Origin: Trichlorobacter lovleyi SZ | Lineage (GTDB): Bacteria; Desulfobacterota; Desulfuromonadia; Geobacterales; Pseudopelobacteraceae | Length of the DNA stretch: 32,000 nucleotides | Assembly (NCBI RefSeq): GCF_000020385.1 | Contig: NC_010814.1 | Coordinates: 3,060,001-3,092,000 of the forward strand | Direction of reading: 5' to 3' | Shown: positions 1 to 8,636 of the stretch, piece after piece | Layout: each line of letters opens with the position of its first letter | Position numbering within the stretch: position 1 is the first letter of the stretch | The notes under the pieces: generated by a model | Told to the model about the DNA's origin: nothing | Seen by the model: the letters and a program-made list of their open reading frames with translations, nothing else | Databases searched by the model: none | Position numbers and translations under genes: made by a program

Positions 1-606
1 TGTTCTCTCGTACAGCTTTGATATAAGGTGAAACAGCAGCTGTCCTCCAGCCTTTGAGAACGGCAGATAGCCCAGTTCGTCCAGCACAACCAGATCAAGC
101 CTGCAGAGTGCCTCTGCAAGCTTTCCTCCGCGTCCGCTTAGCTTTTCCTGTTCTAGTTGGTTGACCAGATCCAGCAGGTTGAAGTATCGGCCACGCTTAC
201 CGTTTCTGATCACCTGCCGTGCAATGGCAATGGCCAGATGGGTCTTGCCGGTACCGGTTCCACCTACCAGAATGATATTACTCTTTTCAGTAAGAAAGCC
301 TCCCTCATACAGCATTCTGACCTGTGTCTCGTTGATCGGTGTATCCGTAAACTCAAAGTGATCCAGGTCCTTCTCTACTGGAAACCTTGCCTGACTCAGG
401 CGGTAGCGGATACTTCTGATTCTCCGTTCAGCCAGCTCTGCATTAAGCAGCTCAAACAGGATCTTCTCCGGTGTGGCCCGTTGTTTGATGCCTGTGGCGA
501 TCAGCTCGTCACAGGCAGTCTTCATGCCATGCAGCCCAAGGGTCTCCATGGCCTTTTGCAGTTTCTCACGCAGTAGCACAGGCACCTCCGGCAAGCAGCA
601 GGTCAT
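1..606 (-). CDS. istB: IS21-family helper ATPase IstB, 3' end cut by window edge
   Basis: Minus-strand frame open for all 202 codons from ATG at 604-606 to position 1 (MTCCLPEVPVLLREKLQKAMETLGLHGMK...[19 protein letters not shown]...[30 protein letters not shown]). Collinear with the complete 256-aa IstB at 12228-12998. Walker A GGTGTGKT encoded near 241-264. Start overlaps the istA stop as in copy B. Missing from the ORF track only because it runs off the edge. Confidence 0.9.
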   Translation of the reverse strand, partial: MTCCLPEVPVLLREKLQKAMETLGLHGMKTACDELIATGIKQRATPEKILFELLNAELAERRIRSIRYRLSQARFPVEKDLDHFEFTDTPINETQVRMLYEGGFLTEKSNIILVGGTGTGKTHLAIAIARQVIRNGKRGRYFNLLDLVNQLEQEKLSGRGGKLAEALCRLDLVVLDELGYLPFSKAGGQLLFHLISKLYERT

Positions 607-2080
607 ACCGCCTGCAGTCAGCTACAGGCGGTATGATCAAAACCGGCAGTTTTGCTGCAGGATCTGCCGTTGGTGTCGGTTCTTCATCGTTTCGGGACAA
701 CAGATTAAGCACGACATCCCGACTGATGGTATTGGCTGCCAATGCATCAGTGCATGCCTGTGTTACTGCTTCAATGCCATAGTAGGAGACAACCGCCAGT
801 ATCCCGACAAACTGCCGGTCACCATCACGGTGCTTGGCAAGGGCACTACGGATTTGCTCAATAGATTCCGGCAAATTCCATTCCTTAAACGGTGCACCGT
901 TTCTGAGTGCTCCCGGCTTCTTCTTCAGTGCCTCCAGATAGTGCCAGGGATCATAGAAGACCTGATCACGACCAAAGTGCCGTTTGTGGAATCCTACGGT
1001 TCTGCCGCTCTGGACAAAGGTCAGACGATCAGCATAGGCCCGTACCGTGACCGGGTTGCCAACAGCAGAGACATGGACGCTGTAACGGTTGCGGTCAAAT
1101 GAGACCAGGGAGGTAGAAGATACCTTGGCATCGCTTTCCAGATAACCGTCAAACGGAACCGTTACCGTGAGAAGCTGCCGGCGTTCCTCCTTAAACAGGT
1201 CATTGATCGTCAGGAGTGGGTTGTCAGGATGTTTCTGGGTTGCTGCGTAGTCCAGACATTGTTCCTGCAGCCACTGGTTTAGCTCAGAAAGGTTGGTAAA
1301 TGTCCGCCGTTTGGCGAAGAAACGCTTGCGCACAAGGCCTACCTGATTCTCTACCTGCCCCTTCTCCCAGCCTGCAGCAGGAGTGCAGGCTATCGGTTCA
1401 AACAGGTAGTGGGAGGCCAGACTCAAAAACCGACGATTGAATACACGATCCTTGCCCATCAGGACTTTGGTTACTACGGTTTTTAGGTTGTCGTAGATAC
1501 CACGCCGACAGGCACCACCAAAGAAGCTGAATGCCTTGATATGAGCATCCAGAACCATCTCCAGGCTCTCACGTGTGTAGGCCACGCAAAATGGCATCCG
1601 ACTGTTACAGAGGCGAAACTGAGCAATCTTGACCTTTACGATGATCCCACCCAACTCAATCTGCTCATAGCTCCAGTCAAACTGAAATGCCTCACCAGGA
1701 TCAAAGGATAGCGGAATAAAGGCTGCGGCTACGCCGCCGCCGGTCTCTTTGCGCTGCTGCTGGATGTAACGACGGACGCTGTCATAGCCACCTTCAAATC
1801 CTTCCCGCTGTAGCGTCTCAAACAATAACTGGGCACTACGACGATGGCGGACTGGCTTTACGGCATCTTCAGACAACAGTCCTTTGAGACGTTCTTCAAA
1901 TGCAGCAAGCTTTGGCCTGGGCTGTTCGGTGCGGGTATAAACCTGATCGGTTACGTCACTTCTGATGATTTTCTTGACGGTGTTCTTAGACAGATGAAAC
2001 TCACGGGCTATCTGCCTGATTGGTTTCTTGTCCCGGTGGTAAGCCTGGCGGATTTTACGGATGGATTCCACTAGCAGCAT
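566..2080 (-). CDS. istA: IS21-family transposase IstA
   Basis: 504-aa ORF with N-terminal HTH ([23 protein letters not shown]) and a DDE-type core. By eye roughly four fifths identical to the 503-aa ORF at 12958-14469. Followed by overlapping istB, the classic IS21 two-gene layout. Confidence 0.93.
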   Translation of the reverse strand: MLLVESIRKIRQAYHRDKKPIRQIAREFHLSKNTVKKIIRSDVTDQVYTRTEQPRPKLAAFEERLKGLLSEDAVKPVRHRRSAQLLFETLQREGFEGGYDSVRRYIQQQRKETGGGVAAAFIPLSFDPGEAFQFDWSYEQIELGGIIVKVKIAQFRLCNSRMPFCVAYTRESLEMVLDAHIKAFSFFGGACRRGIYDNLKTVVTKVLMGKDRVFNRRFLSLASHYLFEPIACTPAAGWEKGQVENQVGLVRKRFFAKRRTFTNLSELNQWLQEQCLDYAATQKHPDNPLLTINDLFKEERRQLLTVTVPFDGYLESDAKVSSTSLVSFDRNRYSVHVSAVGNPVTVRAYADRLTFVQSGRTVGFHKRHFGRDQVFYDPWHYLEALKKKPGALRNGAPFKEWNLPESIEQIRSALAKHRDGDRQFVGILAVVSYYGIEAVTQACTDALAANTISRDVVLNLLSRNDEEPTPTADPAAKLPVLIIPPVADCRRYDLLLAGGACATA

Positions 2081-2137
2081 CTCCTTTCAAAGCTCCTCTC
2101 TCTGGATGATGCCAAAGAGAATGGAGGAGGTGCTGAG

Positions 2138-2199
2138 GTGGGTCAATTTTGGACGCCGATTACACCCGAAAGTGGGTCAATATTGCATGCCGATTCACA
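2138..2199. repeat. IS21 copy A terminal multi-repeat (transposase binding-site type)
   Basis: GTGGGTCAATTTTGGACGCCGATTA (2138-2162) and GTGGGTCAATATTGCATGCCGATTCA (2172-2197) are direct repeats. The same pair occurs at 14526-14587 and, inverted, at 12168-12219 in copy B. Confidence 0.8.
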
Positions 2200-3918
2200 A
2201 TCAGGCACGGAGCCGAGTTTGTTGACTTCAGCGATCTGACTACCGGCAGCGGCCCCGCTGAACTTTCAGTTGATGCGAATCTCGTCTCGCCGTACAGCTT
2301 CGATCTGCTTAAAAAGATACTTTGCCAGGATTTTTCCAAAGCATCACGTCTGAGGAAGATCCAGTTGCTGGCTGCAATTCTGGCTTTCCGCTGTGGTCTG
2401 CGACGGATGGAAGTCTTGAAGCTGCGGTTGATAGATCTGCAAGGGGTTACCGAGCCGGAATTGCTGGTGCGCAATAACCAGTACGGTTATGTAAAGTCAA
2501 ACGAATCCATTCGCAGACTTCCTGTGTGGTGCCTGTTGGAGGCGAACGAGCTGCGGTTGCTTATGGAATGGCGCAGAAGACGCGGGTTGGAAGCGGGCAG
2601 TGAAGCAGGTAACGCACTGCTTTTCTGCATGGAAGGTCAGCCAACGCAACTGCTTGACGCGCACCTTGTGATGAAACCTATTCGGCTGGCAATGCACCAA
2701 GCGACTGGTGATGCAAGTCTGGTGTTCCACCACCTGCGCCATTCGTTTGCGACCTGGTTGCTGCTTAGACTGCTGCCGTGCATTCCTGAAGAAACGCGTT
2801 GGAAGGTTCATTTTCTGCAGCACGAATGTTTCGATCCCGACGCCTGCGCGACGTTGCGGTCAGTTCTGTTGACCAATCGCCAGCTCGGACGGCAGACCTT
2901 ATATGCAACCGCCCAGCTATGCGGACACATCACTCCAGAAGTGACCTTGCTTCATTATTTCCATCTCTGTGACTTTCTTCTTCAATCCGGGCTCGCCATG
3001 CCCTCACATCAGCCAGTTCTTGACGCTGCAACCATTATGGCTGTGACCAGGCTACCTCAGCACAATGTGTACTATGCAAGAAAAACCGCAAAGGCTGAAA
3101 ATTGGCAGATGTCTTTTGTCATCGAGCGTCTTGCACCGCCTGAACGAATGAAATCAAGCTACGCCGAATACAAGGCTGCAACCGATCCGATACCTGAGCT
3201 GGGCGACGCACATTCAGACGATGATTTGCCCTTATGGGTCAGAGTCTTTGCGGTAATAAAGGAACGGCAGATTGGAAAACTGACTTTTGAGGCATTGGCA
3301 GCGCGCAGCGGTTTAACGGAGCCCGATATCGTCTTTTGGGTGACAAACCTGGAGCGGCTGTCTGAAATGCGGACCGGTAAGGGAAAGCTCAGGCACATAA
3401 ACAGCGTCACTACGAAGCGCAAGTCATTTTACTTTCCTCAACAGGCTCGCCTCAAACAAGACCGTGCCATGGCGAGTTCGATTCTGGGTCTGTTTGAGGT
3501 GAGCCGTGGCAGCGTCAGAGGCAGGATTGTCGAGGGGGCCAGATACTTCGCTCACCATTTCGTGGCCAACAAAGCATCGGTCAGGTTCCAGGCGATGCAA
3601 GAGTTAAAGCGGTATCTCTCTTTTCTTCGTCTCATCAAGCTGGAATCTGAGCATTTACGCATTACTCGTCTGCAGGCTCGAAGAACCAAGCTTGCGCCAT
3701 CAGTTGAACAGCAGCGGCTTGCGCAAAAGCTGAAATTGACAAAGTCGTCTATTGTTGTGCTTGAGCCAGAAACGTCAGTTACTTATCGCAACGGATATTA
3801 CTTGGTGCAGGTCACGGATAACTACGGCACCTCACCTGCTCAGGCAAGTTACGGTTTCCGTTTTGCCCTGTACCTGATTGTGATTATGGCAGGCCTGGAT
3901 GATGTCCACTTGTCGTGA
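2200..3918 (+). pseudogene. 5'-truncated tyrosine-recombinase-like protein with a long uncharacterised C-terminal extension
   Basis: In-frame continuation of ORF 2149-3918 beyond the IS end. Catalytic-domain signatures: GLRRMEVLKLRLIDL (Arg I), VKSNESIRRLPV, HHLRHSFATWLL (H-x-x-R), GHITPEVTLLHYFH (His/Tyr). No N-terminal core-binding domain, and no ATG between the IS boundary and the catalytic region. The tracked start (TTG 2149) lies inside the IS terminal repeat. About 300 C-terminal residues carry no motif I recognise. Confidence 0.6.
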
Positions 3919-3947
3919 CCTTCATCCAGGCCTTGTCATCGCAATTC

Positions 3948-4880
3948 CTATTGTTGCATTGCCAGTCGTGGCCGCCAGAACATATTGTTGTCCCCGAAAC
4001 CGGCAAAGCTTCGCCAGTCCGGTTGTCCACTGAACGCAGCATCCTGTGCGTTCAAGCCGCTGCTTATCCTGTCAGCTGCGGAAATCGCTTCAATGATGGT
4101 AAGCAATGGCGTTGGCCTTTGGCGGCGCCTTTGATTTTGCCAGGTCCAGATATAGCGAAGTGCCAGTGAAGCGTCCGGGCAGTTTGCGTCTAACGAGCGC
4201 AGGTGAGGGGCAAGCACCTCAAGTGTCAGTGATTCATGGCCGCAGACGTATCCGGTTGGAGCCAGTTTTCCTACGTCCTTCAGGGTGCGTATTTTGCCTA
4301 TGTCGTGGAACAATGCCCCGACAAGAGCTAGTTCCAGCTCTGCCTGCGGAAACTCGGCAAATCGCCCAACCATGGCAGTGCATTCAAGGCTGTGCTCCAA
4401 GAGGCCACCTGCAGTGCAATGGTGATGTTTCCGGCTCGCTGGCAGTGACACGAAGGGAAATGAAATCGCGTCATCGGCAAGAACGTCTGATACAAATCGA
4501 TAGAGCCCCCTGTTTTTAATGCCCCGGGGCAGTGCGTCCAAGCGTGCCAGCAATGCGGGAAGCGGACAGATGCTTTGTGGTAGCAGCGCCGCTGGATTCG
4601 TTCTGACATCCTTAACAAGGTCAGCGTGCTGTAAGCTGGCAATCCAAGAGCCATTGAATGACCTGATTGTGCCACGAGCCTTGACGAGGTCGTACTCCTT
4701 GAAGTCTATCTTCAGATTTTCCGTCCATACATAGGCCTTGATGGCGCCCGTTGCATCCTCCAGGCTGAGTGTCATGTATTGAGAACCGTTTTGAGCGGTA
4801 CGCCACCGTGGTTGACATACCCGACACACACAGTCAAATGGTATTCCGTGTTTCAGTTCAAGGCTTGCTATGGTCATCAC
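3948..4880 (-). CDS. OB-fold + HD-domain phosphohydrolase (YhaM-like 3'-5' exoribonuclease architecture)
   Basis: N-terminal OB-like segment (SQYMTLSLEDATGAIKAYVWTEN...VKARGTI). HD motifs PASRKHHHCTAGGLLEHSLE and LFHDIGK. 310 aa, similar in size and architecture to YhaM-type proteins. Starts 7 bp after the integrase stop, implying co-transcription. Confidence 0.7.
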   Translation of the reverse strand: MMTIASLELKHGIPFDCVCRVCQPRWRTAQNGSQYMTLSLEDATGAIKAYVWTENLKIDFKEYDLVKARGTIRSFNGSWIASLQHADLVKDVRTNPAALLPQSICPLPALLARLDALPRGIKNRGLYRFVSDVLADDAISFPFVSLPASRKHHHCTAGGLLEHSLECTAMVGRFAEFPQAELELALVGALFHDIGKIRTLKDVGKLAPTGYVCGHESLTLEVLAPHLRSLDANCPDASLALRYIWTWQNQRRRQRPTPLLTIIEAISAADRISSGLNAQDAAFSGQPDWRSFAGFGDNNMFWRPRLAMQQ

Positions 4881-4887
4881 TGGCCTC

Positions 4888-6063
4888 CTACAGTCCGCGT
4901 GCTGTTAGCATCTGCTCGAATGCTGACCCGTCTCTGCGGGTGAGATTCGGGACAAAGCGTGAGTAAATGGTGAAAAGCATCTTTGTGTTGGCGTGACCCA
5001 TCTGGCGGGCTATCCACTCCGGGTTCTCACCGGCAGCCAGCCAGAGGGTGGCAGTGGTATGCCTGGTTTGATAGGCTCTCCGTGGTTTTAGGCCCAGGTA
5101 CCGTAACAACGGATACCATACCCGGTTGCTAATGTTGCTGTACTCAAGCGGCGAACCGTCCTTCGTGCAGAACACGTATCTGCTCTTTGCCGCAGTGACC
5201 GCATGCTGATCTTTCAAGGCGTTGAACACCAGGCTGGACATTTCAATGCTACGCTGTGAATATTCGGTTTTGGTCGTGCTCAACACACCCTTCACCAAAG
5301 TTTCTCGGATATGGATCAGGCGACGATCAAAGTCGACATGCTCCCATTTCAATCCATCTATCTCCGATGTCCGCATGCCTGTAAAAAAGCGCACGGCATA
5401 GTAGTTTTTGAAATCCTTGCGCACACTGGAGATAATTAGATTCACTTCCTCGATCGAGAACGGGTAGACATCTGAGCGGGCAACCCGTAACTGTTTGATT
5501 CCGATGCATGGTGTGGTAAAATTATTGCGTTCAGCCGCATCATTGAGGATCATGCGCAATGGCGTCATGATGTGATTCATACGGTCAGGTGACAGCCCTT
5601 CTTTTTTCCCGTTCGGAACTTTGGCGAGTGAGGAACGGAATTTGAGGATGTCTCCCTTGGTGATGTGGCTGACTTCTTTTTCACCAAAATGTGGAATCAA
5701 GTACTTTTCAACGATTCCAGTGATCATGTCAGTGTAGGATCGTTTCCACCTCACCGCGTTTTCTTCCAGCCAATCCTTTGCAACCTCCTGAAAAGCGGGC
5801 GTGCTTGGCGTCGATTGATGCGCACTGTCCTGCGCAGCGGCATCAGAAGCGAGCTTTCTTGCCATCGAAGAGGAGGGGAAATAGCTAGTGTACTCGAATT
5901 GCCCCAGCAATATCTCAGCCTCTATCTTCTTCAGCACCTTTTCCATAGTACGCCGGTTTTCCGGCGTATCCTTCAAGGTCGTTAGCTCACGGCAACGCGT
6001 GTTTTGGTAGATGAAATCAAAAAACAGCGCCCCGGTGTCTTTCCGTGCCCTTATGCTACCCAT
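4888..6063 (-). CDS. int: tyrosine site-specific integrase (phage/ICE type)
   Basis: Arm-type N-terminus MGSIRARKDTGALFFDFIYQNTRCRE. Catalytic motifs TGMRTSEIDGLKWEHVD, TKTEYSQRSIEM, YQTRHTTATLWL and MGHANTKMLFTIYSRF. ATG at 6061-6063 is preceded by GGAGGG at 8 nt; the tracked GTG start at 6078 is less likely. Confidence 0.93.
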   Translation of the reverse strand: MGSIRARKDTGALFFDFIYQNTRCRELTTLKDTPENRRTMEKVLKKIEAEILLGQFEYTSYFPSSSMARKLASDAAAQDSAHQSTPSTPAFQEVAKDWLEENAVRWKRSYTDMITGIVEKYLIPHFGEKEVSHITKGDILKFRSSLAKVPNGKKEGLSPDRMNHIMTPLRMILNDAAERNNFTTPCIGIKQLRVARSDVYPFSIEEVNLIISSVRKDFKNYYAVRFFTGMRTSEIDGLKWEHVDFDRRLIHIRETLVKGVLSTTKTEYSQRSIEMSSLVFNALKDQHAVTAAKSRYVFCTKDGSPLEYSNISNRVWYPLLRYLGLKPRRAYQTRHTTATLWLAAGENPEWIARQMGHANTKMLFTIYSRFVPNLTRRDGSAFEQMLTARGL

Positions 6064-6295
6064 TGCAGATCCCTCCACTGGCGAGCGGAATGACTGGCGC
6101 TTGCTTATATGAAGCCAGCATCATGTCCCGCTCGATCGCTTCCCAGATGAACAGGATCTTTCTCCTGCCGAACGGCCGGAAGTAGTGGACGCCTTCCAGT
6201 AACACCGAATCCAGAAGATATTGCCGGATGTAGCGTACGTTGTAGTGCAGTCGGCTGGACAGTTCCTCGGTTGTTAGAAAAGATTGTGTGGCCAT
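6056..6295 (-). CDS. excisionase-like / HTH DNA-binding protein
   Basis: MATQSFLTTEELSSRLHYNVRYIRQYLLDSVLLEGVHYFRPFGRRKILFIWEAIE resembles excisionase-family HTH proteins. ATG at 6293-6295 with GGAGGAA SD. Sits directly upstream of and overlapping int (xis-int arrangement). Confidence 0.6.
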   Translation of the reverse strand: MATQSFLTTEELSSRLHYNVRYIRQYLLDSVLLEGVHYFRPFGRRKILFIWEAIERDMMLASYKQAPVIPLASGGICNG

Positions 6296-6337
6296 GTTGT
6301 TTCCTCCCATGTGTATTAAGTCTGTCTCGACCTTACT

Positions 6338-6382
6338 ATGCACTAATGTGCTTGTCAAGCACAAAAATACACAAACGTGCAT
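6338..6382. promoter_or_regulatory. candidate operator in the divergent xis / XRE intergenic region
   Basis: Perfect 7+1+7 palindrome GTGCTTGtCAAGCAC at 6348-6362, flanked by inverted hexamers ATGCAC (6338-6343) and GTGCAT (6377-6382). Located between two divergently transcribed DNA-binding protein genes. Confidence 0.4.
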
Positions 6383-6450
6383 GACTTGTGGTTTTTGTGG
6401 TAAATAATGATGGGTTTGTGTATGGTGTGAAAAAAATAGGAGGTACTGAT

Positions 6451-6711
6451 TTGATACGCTTTCGGCTTCGTGAAATGATTATTGATAAGGAATTTACAGA
6501 GGGGAGGAGAATAACGTTTGAAGAAATTTCGCAAGGAACCGGCATCCAGCGTACAACCCTTTCTAGGATTGCCGGGCAACGCGGCTACAATACGACTACC
6601 GACAATATTGACAAGTTGTGCCGTTATTTTGGTTGTAGCGTTGATAAGCTGATGGAATACGTCCCTGATGAGGAGCTGAGCGGCGTCGCTGAACAATCAG
6701 TCAAACAATGA
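6451..6711 (+). CDS. XRE-family (Cro/CI-type) HTH transcriptional regulator
   Basis: ITFEEISQGTGIQRTTLSRIAGQRGYNTTTDNIDKLCRYFGCSVDKLMEY is a typical HTH_XRE domain. Probable TTG start at 6451, 7 nt after AGGAGG; the tracked ORF opens at 6388. Confidence 0.8.
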   Translation: MIRFRLREMIIDKEFTEGRRITFEEISQGTGIQRTTLSRIAGQRGYNTTTDNIDKLCRYFGCSVDKLMEYVPDEELSGVAEQSVKQ

Positions 6712-6950
6712 TTACTCACTGCATCGTACCGTCGCGGCTATCTAAAAGCACCTCAAAGCACCTGCCTCGTAAACTGTTTACAGCTCCGGTAGCAAACGGC
6801 TGATCAATCCCTATAGCTACTCAAGTAAATGTAACCGTAAATGGCATTATGTTACTTTGTCTTGTCAACTATTAGTTTACATTGAGTTTTTTCCGTTTCT
6901 TGCTTCTGATAAAAGTTGACCGCTCCCCCCACATGCAGCTATCCTGTGTC

Positions 6951-7756
6951 ATGGCAATCATCATTTCCGACATACACGCAGACATCAAAAAAGCTCAGGC
7001 ATTCCTCTCTTTCAAGCCTGACGCCGAACATATCTTTCTGGGAGATCTGATCGATTCCCGTGACCCCAAAGTCACCTTCGAAGAAGAACTTGCCTGCCTT
7101 GAGTTGATCCTCGCCTCAGACGCCACACTTATCTGGGGCAACCATGACTTGGCTTATACGCGACTGCGGCCTTGGGGGGCGTTCACCCGGTTTCAAGTCC
7201 TGCCGCAAGAACTGACAAACCAGTACAAAGACAGCAGCGATTACCTCCGATCCTGTTACCAGGAGACGGGAGGGGATCTGTACGCCGTCCAACTGTTCAT
7301 CGACAGGATACAACCCCATTTCGAACGCTTCAAAGCAGCTCATGCCGTTGACGGCTGGCTTTGCACGCATTCCGGACTTTCTAAAGCTGTCACAAAAGAA
7401 CTTCCTGACTGCCCGATGGACTCAGGCGACCCGGCAAAGGTCGCGGCCTACCTGAACGAAGAGTTTCTGCGTGAGAGCCGTAAGTACAAAAGCCGAAAGG
7501 CGGCAAGCACCTGGAATACGGAGTGGGCCCACTGTTCTCAGTGAGCCGGACTCGGGGCGGATCAGACGAGTATGGCGGCATCTTCTGGTATGACCATAAG
7601 CGAGAGCTTGTCAGGCCCGATCCACGGGTAAAGCAGATCTTTGGCCACACCCCGATTGAAGGGCCATTGAAACAGGAAACATGGGTCAACATCAACATCG
7701 AGTGCGGTTGCTGGATATTTGATACGGAGGCCGACGATTTTGTGCTGCTCAAGTGA
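6951..7756 (+). pseudogene. calcineurin-like metallophosphoesterase (lambda-phosphatase type), split by a frameshift
   Basis: Frame 1 (to 7544) carries SDIHAD, GDLIDSRD, GNHD and CTHSG. Frame 2 (open from 7484, ends 7756) carries GGIFWYD and IFGHTP, the C-terminal motifs of the same fold. The two frames overlap at 7484-7544. Confidence 0.7.
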
Positions 7757-8423
7757 CAAGATTCCTCAGGTTGACTACAAGCACCTCCTGAAAGCCCTAC
7801 GCCTGACCCCAAGCCAGAAGCGGCTGTTGTACGCCTTGTGCCGGCAGCCTACAGCCCATGTCTTTGCAGCCGACTTTATGACAAAGCATGGACTCACATC
7901 CGGCGGCATCCGTTCAGCGTTGGACAAACTGGACAACCTCTGCCTGATCAAACAGGATTCGACCGGAGTCTGGCGGCTTGCAAATCCCGGCATGCAGGCC
8001 TGGCTGCATCTGCTCTTGACCACCAATGATCCAGAGAAGGCAGAGCATCTCAGGTTTGGCGAATGGGCCGAGCCCACCAGTAAGCAGCTGGTGCTCACCA
8101 AGGCGGTGCTGAGAGCCGCTGAGCAGCTGAATATCACTACGGCAGAGCTAGCACCTATCCTTGGCGTTGGTCGGACAACAGTAAACCACCTTGTCTCTCG
8201 CAACTACGAGCTTTCCCCGGCCAAAAAGGAATGGGAGCTTGGTGCACTCTTTGTGAGGATGAATATTGCCCTGGACGTCTTAGTGAGTGGCTCTCAGGCC
8301 GATGCTCAAAAATGGCTGAACTCAGGGAATGCTGCTTTGGGGGGTCAAAAGCCGATCCAGCTGATTCCCACCATAGAGGGGCTTGTGCGGGTGGTTCAGT
8401 ACCTGGAATCAGTAGACAAGTAG
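7719..8423 (+). CDS. Xre-like HTH + MbcA/ParS (DUF2384) antitoxin-type protein with an N-terminal winged-helix-like remnant
   Basis: C-terminal half LTKAVLRAAEQLNITTAELAPILGVGRTTVNHLVSR...AQKWLNSGNAALGGQKPIQLIPTIEGLVRVVQYLES matches the Xre-HTH plus toxin-binding domain of Xre-RES/MbcA/ParS antitoxins. The N-terminal part (LTPSQKRLLYALCRQP...LDKLDNLCLIKQDSTGVWRLANP) looks like a wHTH tail of an ATPase. Start uncertain: TTG at 7719 or 7740, first ATG only at 7878. Confidence 0.6.
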   Translation: MIRRPTILCCSSDKIPQVDYKHLLKALRLTPSQKRLLYALCRQPTAHVFAADFMTKHGLTSGGIRSALDKLDNLCLIKQDSTGVWRLANPGMQAWLHLLLTTNDPEKAEHLRFGEWAEPTSKQLVLTKAVLRAAEQLNITTAELAPILGVGRTTVNHLVSRNYELSPAKKEWELGALFVRMNIALDVLVSGSQADAQKWLNSGNAALGGQKPIQLIPTIEGLVRVVQYLESVDK

Positions 8424-8456
8424 CCTTTCCTACGACATCAGAAACGAGGTATTTGC

Positions 8457-8618
8457 ATGGAATTCATGGCGATACAGATAATTACGATTGTAATTGCTGC
8501 ACTGGTACTCGCTAGTCAGTATTGGCAGGACTTCAAAGAAAGACGAGAAAAGAAGATCGACACCCTCCCTTCTCAAAAGGCGAGGTGTTCACGGCGTCAG
8601 CTTCGCATACGTCGCTAG
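8457..8618 (+). CDS. unannotated 53-aa single-TM protein with basic tail
   Basis: MEFMAIQIITIVIAALVLASQYWQDFKERREKKIDTLPSQKARCSRRQLRIRR. GAGG lies 7 nt upstream of the ATG. Starts 33 nt after the DUF2384 gene. Below the ORF-track size cutoff. Confidence 0.35.
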   Translation: MEFMAIQIITIVIAALVLASQYWQDFKERREKKIDTLPSQKARCSRRQLRIRR

Positions 8619-8636
8619 TCAAGGAAGGGCTTGGCA

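Larger units (their letters stand above)
1..2199 (-). mobile_element. IS21-family insertion sequence, copy A (left end outside window)
   Basis: istA+istB pair plus a doubled terminal repeat ending in ...GCCGATTCACA at 2199. Sequence similarity to copy B stops exactly after this CA. Confidence 0.88.

Noticed and set aside
157-1102. Plus-strand ORFs of 139 and 209 aa inside IS21 copy A (similar ones at 12540-12968, 13078-13509 and 13747-14264 in copy B)
   Set aside because: They are antisense to the clearly homologous istB/istA genes, have no recognisable motifs and have low-complexity composition. Their persistence in both copies is expected for the antisense frame of a conserved gene.
2149-2199. 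Tracked start of the 589-aa ORF
   Set aside because: The TTG start and the first 17 codons lie inside the IS21 terminal repeat (an identical sequence occurs in copy B), so this is not the native N-terminus.
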